From contig OX597822.1 in assembly GCA_951406725.2 (NCBI GenBank), positions 82,460,001-82,524,000 of the forward strand: a stretch of DNA of 64,000 nucleotides. Reading direction: 5' to 3'. Origin of the DNA: Octopus vulgaris (Eukaryota). The position numbers and the translations under genes were made by a program. The stretch's first letter is position 1. The number at the start of each line of letters is the position of its first letter. The notes under the pieces are model-generated. The model did not search any database. It had not been told where the DNA came from and was given only the letters and a program-made list of their open reading frames with translations. Of this stretch, positions 26,578 through 39,708 are shown piece by piece.

Positions 26578-27818
26578 TACATATAATATTAAGTGTACAT
26601 ATTCAAATATTTCTTTGCAAATAAAATAAAATTATTCGTCTGTCTTATTGTGATAATAAAGGCATCGTGATAACGTTGATGATGATGATGATGTGATGGT
26701 TGTTGTGGTGATGATGTTGGTTGTGTTAGAATGAATGTTGTCCCCCCCCTCCCTCTCTTTCATCATCATCCAGTTCTTCCCGCCGCGGCTTCACCTGGTT
26801 CTGCACGCTGCTAAGTTTGTTGTTGTGGTCTTCTTTTAACACACGATGTTACATAGACACACACACACACAAGCGTCATTTAAATATGGCAATTCGCTGA
26901 CACTGCTAAATGTTTTAACCTACAAATTTTGTATAGTATATACACACACACACATACACATATACACGCATGTCCACACACACATACATACGAAAGTAGA
27001 TACAGTAAATAAAGTTTTGTAAACATATACATTATACATACATACACACGTACATACACAATATCTAACACGCCCCTCTTTGTTAGCACCTCCTTCACCC
27101 ACAAAATATATTACTTTCTCGTGTGTGTATCTCTCTCTCTCTCTCTGTTTATCACACACATATACATAAACATAAGGATATATATATATATATATATGTA
27201 TATCTGCATGTAACCCTAACATAATATGACCGTCCCATTCCCTTCCATGTGCTCCTTTCGGCATCTGTTTAACAATGACTGAATACTCAGACGGCACACT
27301 CCAGTTCACCTCCCCAAAAGAAACAAACTCTAAGAAAAACGACTGAATGATTCTAGTTTGTTTGCTTTTTGTTTGTTTTCTTAGAGAATAAATAAACAAT
27401 AATTAAATGAACAGCTTAATAAATAAATCTTCAATTATACACACGCACACATGAGCAGAGCGGGAGATGCGATCACAGTGTCTCTTCTCGTAAATGTTTC
27501 CCTCTTAAAAAGAGGGAGATATTTGGGTTCGCACTGAAATACGGAAAATCACAACCAAAATCGGCTTGTTGTTATTTTGTTCTTGGATTAATATTCTTAT
27601 TATTTAAAAAAAAACAACAACTTTTTATTTACATTGGAAGTAATTCGCTGAAAGTGGAGAGGATCTTTTCAGATACTGGATTTTTCTTATAAAAAACAAA
27701 AACCGTTTGGATTCTATATAAACATACACACACGCACATATATCTATCTATATATATCTATACATACTGGCATATCTACACACGTTGTACATCCATTTGC
27801 TTGAAGCTCCTATCAATA

Positions 27819-27833
27819 ATGGCCCATCACAAG
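27819..27833 (+). CDS. Candidate first coding exon 1b encoding MAHHK; product unknown
   Basis: Strong Kozak context ataATGG, then ATG GCC CAT CAC AAG|GTAAGC (consensus donor, phase 0). About 350 bp of unique 5'UTR-like sequence precedes it, with a KLF/Sp site ACACGCCCC at 27068-27076. Confidence 0.5.
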
Positions 27834-27919
27834 GTAAGCAATGCAAAACGTATTAAACATGTTTACATGCATCTATCTATCTGTCTATCTGTCTATCTAC
27901 CTACCTACCTACCTATATC

Positions 27920-27975
<56 letters not shown>

Positions 27976-28124
27976 GTCTATCTTATTTTGGTGGATAGTC
28001 TCTAGTTATGTTTTTACAGGCGAAACTCAGAGTAGCAAGAGACTAACTCGATCAAAATAGGATATTAATCTCTCTACTTTCGTATCTAGCACTCTTTTTT
28101 CCGACAATCAACTCTAAACGGATG

Positions 28125-28164
<40 letters not shown>

Positions 28165-29677
28165 CGTGTTAATCTAGTTACTCAGCATAATTCCTGTTGT
28201 TATTCTAATTGATCAGTTGTAAATTGGCGCATGTGATTCTTGTATGTAAAACAATGTTTATCATTGTTGTTGTTTTTCTGTTTACGTTTCTCTCTCTTTG
28301 TTGTTTTTCTTTTCTTTTTCTCTTTCTCGAATGAAAATAAACAAAACATCCGATATATTTATTATTTAGCATAAACTTCACTGCATCCTTTTTTGAACAA
28401 CCCTCTTCCCCCTCATGATCATAGAAAAATCTGAGTTTGTTTAATCCCTGTCAGTCCCGTTGGTAAGCAGAGGGACGTCTAAAGGAGATCCATCCATGTC
28501 CAACACGCCTTTTTCTACAGACACCTACCGAACTTGGAACCAAATCATTCATATCTGAGGCAGAACTTGTGGAGGTTAACTGCTATTTCCAGCAGACCGA
28601 ACGGCTTCATAGATTCTCCCTCGTTGGCGAGACAAAATAAATTCGTTTCCGTGTTTGTTATTTGTAGTGCCTTTGCTTGTATTCATACTTTGGTGTTCTG
28701 GTAGAAAGCGAAGAAAGCCCCACAGCAGCTATAAAATCGATAGATTGCCGGACAAAATGTTTGTGCTGTTTAATTACGTCCCCTTTATGTTTTGAGTTCA
28801 AATCTTTCATCTTTCTCGAATAGGAAAAAATTACATCAATTCCGTATTGGACACAACAATATAAACCAACTCCATGTTTCCCAAACATGACGTTGAGCTA
28901 AAGTTCTTTCATCCTGGGTCAGTCTTGATCCAACCGACCTCTATAATAAAAGTAATTCCACTGGAGACCTTCCTATTTTCTTAAGGCATAATGTATCGAG
29001 GACTACATTATCCAATATATCATTCTTATTTTATTGATAGTAGATAGCCACATGAAGATTTGACTACTATTTCTTGCAGGTCGAGCGACACGTAGAGGCT
29101 TCTTCGATAAGTGGAATGCGGGCGTAGTAACAGAAATGATAGAGCGGTGTTTAGTTACATTAAATCTATGCTCTAAGTTCGAATCTTGCTAGGATGAACC
29201 TTGTCTTTCAATAGTTCAGAGTTGATCGAACTCAGTATCAGTCATATACTGCTAAAATTTTATTGATCCTTTCCTACCATCACTATTTATGGCCTTGTAA
29301 CAATGCGGGTAATATTAAATTTCTACATGTATGTCTCAGGCTACGAAGAATCGAAAGTAAGTTTATCTTTACGGGGAAGACAAGATCGTCACTAATCAAT
29401 GCAGATAATCGATCAGTAAGAAATAGCAGTCAATTTTTCTTCAAAACACTCTCGCCTTGAAAAGGGAAACACACGCACTCAGATTTGGGATCTGACGATA
29501 CGCCGTAAGGCTAAAACCCTTTTTGGACGGGAAACCTAAGATAATCCCATAAACCGGCCTTCCCCATTTTTAATAATATATATATATATACCACACACAC
29601 ACATATATATGCCTATGTATATATATGTGTGTGTGTATATATATATATATATACACACACACGCATATATATATATA

Positions 29678-29717
<40 letters not shown>

Positions 29718-29786
29718 CGCACATAGATACATAGCCATATATATATTTGTATATATATATATATATATATAAACATATATATATAC

Positions 29787-29829
<43 letters not shown>

Positions 29830-32277
29830 CATGATCTAATCTAGGGTTTAACAAAAGTGAAAAATTATTTTCAAGTTCTGTTCCCAGTTCTTGAAAGTTC
29901 TTTCCAAGCGTGCTTTCCAAGAACTTGACCCGATTCCAGTCCTGATTGATACCGTTCTTAGCTGCTCTCGAGAAAGGCTTGAAGGCCATTTAGTATTATC
30001 GACTTAACGACGGGGATGGCCTCTCTGTGTAAGCTGTCCGGACCCGCGAAAAAGTCTCCTTCAAACTGTACCCAAACCGTCTTTTAAAAATATGCGACAT
30101 AGATGATCGTAATGTTTTAGATGCAGTGTTTGAATAAAAGACAGGATGATCACAGCTGGAACGCCTTAGATCGGAAGTTTACTTAATTATTGCTGCGTTG
30201 AGAATTATTAACATAACTTAAAGCTGTAGCCATGTGTCTATGGTCTTGTCGGCGAAGTTTCGCATGTCGTTACTACAACCGAAACTATGCCGTCTTGGCA
30301 ACCGAAACTATGCCGTCTTGTCTAAAAAACCAGCTACACTGTGTGCACTTTCAATTCGCTGTAATTATTTAAATCAACCCAGGAGAAGCAAACTTATGAA
30401 CGAAGAAGTTCAAACCATGACCATCCAGTCTTTTTCCATTCAACATTATCCAAAATATTCTAAGCTTTTAAGACAATAGCGAAATTTGGATGTTATTACT
30501 AGCAGAGTAATAGGTCAAATAGAGGTTCCCGTAGGTTTGTTTGTATTAGAACTGTTTCATGTTTTGTAGTTAAAGATATTGTAAAAGGTGTGGACGTCAA
30601 AACTTCCTTCTCATACCACACTTAAAAAACCCCTCAGACTTCTTGTTATTGACTATAGAACGTGGATGAAACGGCGCCAACTGTAAAAAGGAAAGTAAAT
30701 GAGATAGACTTCTTTATATCATGCAATACTCAAGCTATCATTGATTTATATCCCACTCTAGGGTCGATAATATCAGGAATAACTGACGGAGAATACACCA
30801 TTTCGAGCCATCCTTAGCAATAATGAGCCTGGAAGTTCTTCCTAGACTTTCAATGCAACGTGTCGTCTTTCAATTATATATCGTGTTGTTTCCCTCCAAG
30901 AATCTTTATATTAGCTTTATTTTATGTTAATTGTTGTTATTTAACATAGCCGTGGTCGAGTGGAGTAAGGCATTCCAGCCTTGTTCCACTCATTTTTTAA
31001 AATCCAGTGTCTCCTTCCTGTTCTTTAAGACAGTAGAATGTGATTTGAGGGAAATCTAACTACGATTTCTAGCAAGCTGAACGACCACAGAGAGAGAGTT
31101 CCTCATCTCTAGTCTTCGTTAGTATCAGCACAATTATGTTTCAAGACCATGCTGCTTTTTATTAGCTTACTACCCACCCCCAGCTCCATTTACCCTAGTT
31201 TACGTATAAACAACGTGTAAGACATACGAACCAATGGGATAGTCATCTGTCTTGCTAGAAATAACAGTCAAGCCTCTCTCAAATTACATTCTCCCGTCTT
31301 AAAAATGAGATGAATGGCCACGGCTAGAATGACTTTGAAATGAGTGACCAAGAGCCAAACACAAAGAATAAATAAAATAACGGCGAAGGAAAAGAATACG
31401 CACATCCAGTGTTTAAAGGTTAGGGTTAGGGTTACGCCGAAAACGGACGCCAAAAGAACATCTAAAAATGAAATCCTTATTTCTGATGGTCGTTTCGTGT
31501 TTAATGTTGGATCTCCATTGCTATTGAGAATTGAGCACTTCATTTATTTAGATGAACTTGCCTGTAACAGACAAATTTACTCTTAACGTAAATCTCTGTC
31601 TGACTCAACTTTAAAAAATCTGTCCCTCAGAATTATATGGGCATACGTATAGATCATCCATTCGGCTTCAGTTTCAATCACAAGGTCACATCAGATCAAT
31701 TACACAAAATGTCAGACAGCCAGATCGAAACTAGAACCTCATGACTTATGAAGCGAACTTAATCATCTGGCCACGCTGGTGTCCCATTTGTATACACACA
31801 CGCACACACACATATATATATATATATATATAAAAATATATATGTATATATATTACTCAAAACACTTGTACACTCGTATAGGGAACGGTTTGTTGCTACT
31901 GTTGTTACAGCCCCAGGCCAGTTCTGTTTGAGCAGACCTATATAGGTTTTTAACCTACAGAGATAATTGTGGATTGCTCTTCCAGAATCATGTATGTATC
32001 TGGCACTACAATACCAACGAATGTGATCCTTCACTTTTTTTTTTAAAGCCAGTTCAGAGTGAAATTAGAGGGAAATTTTGGTCACTCTAACGGATAGAGC
32101 GATCATGTAGAAGCTATATCGTCATCTTATCGTTTTAAAAAATGGGTCGCACAAAATAATGTGGGTGCTAGATACAATCTGGAATAAAAATGCGATGGTC
32201 ACGATTGGAACATCCTTATCTTAATCAGGGTTGATTTGGTGTCAAAAAACCAACAGCAAACAAATAGGCGATTATCG

Positions 32278-32672
32278 TTAGCACGCTGGGCGACATGCCT
32301 AGCGGTATTTCGTCTGCCGTTACGTTCTGAGTTCAAATTCCACCGAGGTCGACTTTGCCTTTCATCCTTCCGGGGTCGATTATATAAGTACCAGTTATGC
32401 GCTGGGATCATACAATCGACTTAATCCTCCTTTTGTCTGTCCTTGTTTGTCCTCTCTGTGTTTAGCCCGTTGTGGGTAGTAAAGAAATAGGTATTTCGTC
32501 TGCCGTTACGTTCTGAGTTCAAATTCCGCCGAGGTCGACTTTGCCTTTCATCCTTTCGGGGTCGATAAATTAAGTACCAGTTACGCACTGGGGTCAATGT
32601 AATCGACTTAATCTCTTTATCTGTCCTTGTTTGTCCACTCTATGTTTAGCCCCTTGTAGGCAATAAAGAAAT
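32278..32672 (+). mobile_element. SINE family D (Meta-domain-like), head-to-tail dimer
   Basis: GAGTTCAAATTCC..GAGGTCGACTTTGCCTTTCATCCTT.CGGGGTCGAT.AATTAAGTACCAG occurs twice. Monomers at 12578-12782, 48705-48915, 47150-47300, 50090-50235 and 54678-54870. Confidence 0.85.
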
Positions 32673-35600
32673 ATATATATGTATAATTATAATAATGAGT
32701 AATGATAGCAACGAAGAAGCCCGTATGTGATCTACTAGAAATATCAGCCAAATCCCATTTGACTTCCGCTCCTACCGTCTTGAGAGACTACTTATTAAGA
32801 TAAATCATTCTTGACTACAATCTTTAAAAACAAAAGACAGGGTGATTATAATTTCTACTCGATAGGCTAAACAACAACAATAAAGAGATTAAATAAAAGA
32901 ATGCTTAAGCTCAGACTTCGTTGGGTGGACGGATATATGAAGAAACTAGAACGGGTCTACATTAGTAAAACAAAAATAAGGTGAATGTGTGTGCGATGTG
33001 GAAAATGAGTTCCTCATATATTTCAGACAAGATTCCTGTGTAATATGTACCAGATATGTATATGACCTTAATGTAGATATGTAATACTTTGCTTGACTGA
33101 ATAAGGATATGTAAATAAATGTGCGTGTGGTACAATGGTCCACATGTATGTATGTACATGCATACATACATGTAGACCAACAAATTGCATGAGTTTTAAA
33201 TTTCAATAATTTTATTTTTAAATTCTGGCGATTGGAAAGAATTTTATGGAATCCAATTTTATCTTAAATTGTGCTTATTTAATTTAAGAAGGTTCAGCTC
33301 GTATTAAAATATATATTTATATTTACAGATTTGCATGTTTCCAAATATACTTGAGAGGAAGCCAGCCTCTATATTTATTCCTCCACCTGCTAAAAAATAT
33401 CAAATTTTCTTCAAATTACACTCTTTGATCATAAACTCGAACAGGAACATAGCATAAGGGCAAGAAAGTGCTTGACCTCAGGCACACTGAGGCACGACTA
33501 ACCTAAATATTAAACAATATATATATATATATGCAAGAAATTACACACAATAGTTATTGAGTGGAACCTGTTTCGATTCCTAGTTGCACCCATTAACACT
33601 TTTGTTTCTAATGTCGGGTGGTAGCTGAAAACACCTGAACTCAACGACTTCCACTTTATACCGGCGGAAACACCCCAAGCTACGTGACTTTATGCATGAA
33701 AGCACTATAATGTTTCATCACATCGCCCGCCCTACATTGTTAACTCTTTCAAATTTACTCAACCTTGTGAATGTCATGCGATGCGTTAATGTACTGTTTG
33801 TATCTAGGTCGGTTTAGACACGTGTGCAAATTTAGTCTCCCAAATTGTTTTGCTCGAGCTTAAGCCCGCTGAATCTTGCTTTCCCTCAGAAATGGTGTGT
33901 GCGTGTGTATGTGAAGGAGAGAGAGAGAGAGGGAGAGAGAGTGGGGGGAGATCCTAATTCTCTACAATCCCATTTATCCAGTGGCATTAAATACCACGTG
34001 TCTCGTGTTTCTTTTGTAGCAGTTTTAGGCTTATGAGGATCGGTTTTTCAATGAGTGCATGTGAGTGTAGGGTGTGTTTACATACATATATATCATATAT
34101 GTATGCAATATTTATGTTGATCGCTGTAGTAAAACCATAGATCATCAGCTTGGCACTGATAATTTGTCATCGCTTTGTTGCTCAATAATGTATTATTGAG
34201 TCGACTTCCATCGTGTTTCTGTGTGAATATTACACCGGTAACACTTTACTTGGTGGAAATATATGTCCATAATACTAAGTTACTTTAGGAGCCAAGGAAA
34301 GTCTCTATGAGATCTTTGTTCAGATTTAGTCAAATGCATTATAGAAAAGTAAATGGACCCTACTATCTACCAGTCGCTTAATTTGCTAGACATAACAGTC
34401 AAATTTCTTTCAACCCCCTTTGAAAAATGCCCGGGAAGGAAGAAAAAAAAGATGCGATGGTCATGACAGAATTTGGGAATAAGCTCCTCGTTTTATTTTT
34501 TCCCTTCAGTTTTTAATATTCTTGTATTTCGAACAATGGCACTTTGCGATTCTGAAGGACGTTTTTTTTTTGTTTTGCTTTTTTTCTTCTTCAAAAATTT
34601 CAATTATTATTTCATTTTTGCATTGCAGGAAACTTCCTTTTCGTGTTTATTTCTCTTGTATTCTTGGCAATAGGACTTGCTAATTCTACCTCATCTTTTT
34701 ACTTTGAACTCAATGTGTACACACAAACTCGCGATTCTTCGGTTACGACGACGAGGGTTACAGTTGGTCCGATCAATGGAACAGCCAACTCGTGAAATTA
34801 ACGTGCAAGTGGCTGAGTACTCCACAGACACACGTACCCTTAACGTAGCCCTTAGAATGTGACAAGGCTGGTCCCTTTGAATTACAGGTACAATTCACTT
34901 TTGCCACCTCTGAGGACTGCAGCAACGTGAGCTTAACACCCTAACCCATAAGCTACGCACAAACAGACACACATACACGGCATGCTGTACACATGCACAA
35001 TTATAGTTCCAGCTAATTGTAAATGCACATGTAAATAGCATTGCTAGAGTTTCATGTTTCATGAAGCTAACTCGTACCTAAACAAATGCTAAAATACATC
35101 ACACACACTAGAGGGAACATACACATACCATACTCATGCATCTAACAACACAGCTATATAGCTACACCATATACACAGAAACTAAGACACAAATTCTATG
35201 CTACCGTCCTAACAGAAGTGCAGATCATTTGTCACTTCACAATTTATTATGTAAAAGAACTTGCATAAACAAACTTATACCTGCTGCTTGTCAATATTGC
35301 CTCCAATTCTTAGTAATCAGTGCGTTAAAACTAAGGTTGTGCAAGTTCTCTTTCCTGTAGCTTAAGTATGTGTAAACTGAATGTTTGTGCAGATGTGAAC
35401 TTGAAATTGTTTCAAGATGGTTTTCGTGCAGTCTATCTCTTATCTATCGTCTATGAAACATCATTGAGCATTATTTTTTATGTGATGCAATGGCGAAATA
35501 AATATATTTTATAACAATAACAGCTAAAGTAATGAAGAATAAATTAAACCAACTACGGCATGAAAGACACAGTTTAACCTTTATAAAACAAAGAATGTTA

Positions 35601-36803
35601 AATTCACTTAAACGTTTATTTTCTGTGTGTTTTTTGGATGGCGAATATGTCTTCCACGCTGTAATTATTTTAATTCTAACGGATTCAGGACAAATGATAG
35701 GTAAAACACTGGATGAATTAAAGATTTAAGATTAGCAAGAGAAGTGTTCAGTTGTAGATCCTAAAGATCTTTAGGAAAAGAAAATTTAGCAAACTTTATT
35801 TATCTCTATCTATATCCCAAAATATTTATATCGGCGATCCAAGAGTACAGCTTACTATTTCCACTTTTGCAAAATTTATCTTTAAGTGGTTTACAGCAAA
35901 ATGGAAGTGTTTTCACATTATGGAAGACAAAAATGAAAATGATACATTTATTTATTCTAGAATCTGCAAAATAAACAATTCATCGTCATCGTTTTTACGT
36001 CCATTTTTCCCTGCTTGCATGGATCGGACGGAATTTGTTGAGGTGGATTTTCTATAGCCGGATGCCCTTCTTGTCGCTAACCCTCACTTCTTTCCTAGCA
36101 AGATAGTATTCCAAGTTACAGGAATTCCATCTTGGGGCTATAGCAGATGACAATTAGCCAAAGTGTCATGCAGTGGAACTGAACCAGCAACCACATGGTT
36201 ACAAAGTGAGCTTCTTAACTGCTCAGCCATGCCTACACTGGTTACGAGTTTTTATAAAATTCATTCAGTTATGTTCTGTCTACAGATTCCATCGATATTC
36301 TTTTCGCTTTTCATGCACTATTGGAACCAGGTTCAAAGTCAAGTAGAGACATGTACTGGGTTCTTGAGCCAATGTCAGGGAACAGTTGTTGAATTAATCG
36401 ACAGAATATGTAACCGTATATTTGTGTAGCTGAGAAGGTGTGTTAATATAAGATAAGTGCTTACATATGTGTGAATATATTTGGCATAAGGTCACTGATT
36501 GGTATGTTTATGGCACGGATCCAAAACTCACCTCGAGCTTAGTGGGATTTTCCACCCAACAGTCAAAGACAAACGCAAAATACTGCAAAATATTTCATTT
36601 GATACTTTACCATTTCTTCTACTCTGTTGACCTAAATGATAAAAGCATATCACTATCATCATGATCATCATCATTTAATAGTACACTTAATAATAATATT
36701 CCTTTTTATTACAATAAGAGTGATGGAGGAGGGGACATTACAGAGAACATGTTTCAAAAACAAACATTGAAGTTTACACTGAAGTCAAATGAAATGAAAT
36801 GTA

Positions 36804-37190
36804 AGGAGTGGCTGTGTGGTAAGTGGCTTGCTTACCAACCACATGGTTCCAGGTTCAGTCCCACTGTGTGGCACCTTGTGCAAGTGTCTTCTACTATAGC
36901 CTCGAGCTGACCAAAGTCTTGTAAGTTGATTTGGTAGAAGGAAACTGAAAGAAGCCCGTTGTATGTGTGTGTAATATGTTTGTGTGTCTGTGTTTGTCCC
37001 CCCCAACATTGCTTGACAACCAATGCTGGTGCATTTACGTCCCCATGACTTAGCAGTTCAACAAAAGAGACTAATAAAATAAATACTACATTTACAAAGA
37101 ATAAGTCCTGGGGTCGATTTGCTCGACTAAAGGCGGTGCTCCAGCATGGCCACATTCAAATTAATGAAACAAGTAAAAGAATAAAAGAAT
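36804..37190 (+). mobile_element. tRNA-derived SINE family A (CORE-like body, internal (TG)n), full length
   Basis: A-box TGGCTGTGTGGTAAG, B-box GGTTCAGTCCC, CACCTTG(G)GCAAGT core, TAAAAGA tail. Other copies near 538, 2500, 9471, 20050, 52335, 55738, 59213, 60060 and 62050. Confidence 0.9.
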
Positions 37191-37193
37191 TAC

Positions 37194-37615
37194 TATGGTT
37201 ATGAGTAAAGACCAAAAGAGCACGATTGCAAATGGAAGTAGTCAAAATGGTGTTCTTGTGAAGGATCTCTGGAGTAACATGACTCTTGCCAGGAAGTTGG
37301 AGATCAGGGAGTCTTTCTATGTCAAGCTGTTATTTCTACACATTGAGAAGCGACAGCTTTTGGTACGACAGACATGATTAGAATGTTGTTGGAAAGAATC
37401 ACAAAATGGATTCTTCAGACCAAGCTAACCAACAGCAGATCGAAGAGGAAGACCAAGAACAAGATGGTTGGATAATATCCATAGTCTCAGTTGCTCATGC
37501 TTGAGAATCCTGCCAGAAAGTGGAATGACAGTTGCTTCTAATTGAACTCTATGGAGGAGGTGCCTGAGGAATCCATCCCAGGAATCGTGGGTGGAGAAAA
37601 TGAGTGGAAGAAATA
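37194..37615 (+). pseudogene. RTE-clade (Expander/Rex3-like) LINE 3' fragment
   Basis: Frameshifted translation gives RKLEIRESF..LLFLHIEKRQL..MIRMLLERITKWILQ..RGRPRTRWLDNI..LWRRCL, typical of an RTE C-terminus. Confidence 0.8.
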
Positions 37616-38110
37616 ATATCATTATGTCTCAACAGAATGACTATAACCAAGGTTAATCAAGGAATCTCATGGAGATTTTCATACATCAGCTCAAGACCAC
37701 AAATTTTATCATTTCTGGAACAATGAAAGATAAAGTCAATACTGCCTCAGCTAATTTCATCTGACCCATGCAGATATTGACATTAGAACGATGATGGTGA
37801 TGATAATTATCATCATCATATGTATGAAATACTTTCACACATGATGACTATGGTAATAGATACTTGCCCAAGGTAATGTTCAACTGGTTCAAAGCTAGAA
37901 ATTTGTGATTGCAAATTAAACTTCTTAACCACCACTCCCCCACCCCACACCCTCATCCATGCTTCCATTATGTTTTATCTTTTGCTTGTTTTTATCATTA
38001 GACTATAGCCCGAGGCCATAATAGTAGATACTTGCCCAAGATACCAAGCAGTGAGACTGAACCCAAAGCCAAGTGGTTGGGAAGTAAACTTGTTACCACA
38101 ACAGTCACAT

Positions 38111-38360
38111 CAGGGCTGTGGAGTCAGATCACAGAGTCAGAAACAATTAAGGGGTAGCTGGAGTCAGAGTCAGTAAAACTATGCCAACTCTGACTCCGAC
38201 TCACAATATCTTTATTCTTTAATATGAACCAGTTATAACACATAGGCCTACTCAAAGTACAAGCGTATACATATGCTTTATGAGATATGTAGACCACAAT
38301 CACTTCATTAAATAAAGAGGAGTCAGAGTCGGAGTCAAAATTTTTTTGTCTCGACTCCAC
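38111..38360. mobile_element. MITE with GAGTCG/GAGTCA subterminal repeats (hAT-like), copy 1
   Basis: Starts CAGGGCTGTGGAGTC and ends CGACTCCAC; internal sequence is shared with 49651-49923; inserted in a SINE head. Confidence 0.75.
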
Positions 38361-38944
38361 ACCTGTGCCTGACAAACTGATCAAAACCAAGAAAGAAAAG
38401 CAAAAAATACCGTTTGCATGCCTTGTCTCATATTTCAGTGTTTATTGGTATGAAAATCAGCATCATCATCTAATGTCTGCTTCTCCTTGTTTTCATGGGT
38501 CAGATAGAATTTGTTGAGATTTTCTAAGGAAGAAAAGTAAAGTTGATTTGAATTTAGAACGAAAAGAATCACAACCAAACACCACAGGGTTGTTTCCCAC
38601 CATTCCATTATTCTCCTGAATCTGCCATTCCAATATAATTTCACTGTAACATTTTGCTAAAATTCTATGGTGATGTTCTTCGTAGTTGTGGTAGTGGTGG
38701 TGGTGGTGGTCGTATGATGATGATTGCTAGGTATTGGTTTTGGTGGCACTCATCTCCCTTGTTTCATCCACTTCCTCATCTGCCTCCTTTCATCCTCTTC
38801 CCCATCTTCCTCTTTTCATCCTCTTCCCCCCACCGTTTTTCCCCCTCCATCTTTTGCACCATCTTCTTTCAAACGGAGAACTACTAAACTCCACTTAGTA
38901 ATCTTAAACATCATGACTTCACTAGCCTTTCACTCACTCACTCT

Positions 38945-38994
<50 letters not shown>

Positions 38995-39669
38995 CTCTTT
39001 TTCTGTTTTATATTTATATTCTTATCTAATTCAAGTATTTACAGCTTCTTAGAATTGGAAAGAATCCCAGTTTTACATATAGTAAGCATTTGGGAGAAAG
39101 AGTGCCAATTCATCACAGACATTTCTTTTGAAGGGCAGCAGCACAGTTAGATAGCGGACTTTTCATCTTCTTATCACTCAGTAAGATGAGGAACGGATGT
39201 GGCCCTGACCTTTGCGGTACTTCTGAGATTCTAAGGAGTAAGAAAAGCGGAAACCATATATTATGGGTCATTGAAGGAGGAAGCAGTACATCAAGATATA
39301 GACTTGTACCAAGACAGCTGCTATGATTTGAATGCTTGTAAAAGAATAGACTTTGCTGAAGATATTCCAAGACAAAATGGTGGTGCTAAACCAAACGAGA
39401 TTAGTCAATCACTTGAAAAAGCAAATGAAGGCTACACAACAAACTGTTTCTACCTCCCTAATTTCCCTTTCAGTACTTGGGTTACCCAACACTTTGTTCA
39501 AAGTGCCATGCTGTGGGATTGGAAATAGAAGCATACAATTGTGAAGCAAATTTGTAAATCACACATGCATGTTACTCATCATCATCAGCATCAGCATCAC
39601 CATCATCATCAGCAGCAGCAGCATCACCATCATCATCAGCAGCATCACCATCATCATCAGCAGCAGCAC

Positions 39670-39708
<39 letters not shown>

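Noticed and set aside
26640-26860. Protein-looking minus-strand reading (VLKEDHNNKLSSVQNQVKPRREELDDDERE)
   Set aside because: Bounded by stops, with no ATG or good splice sites; more likely promoter-region sequence.
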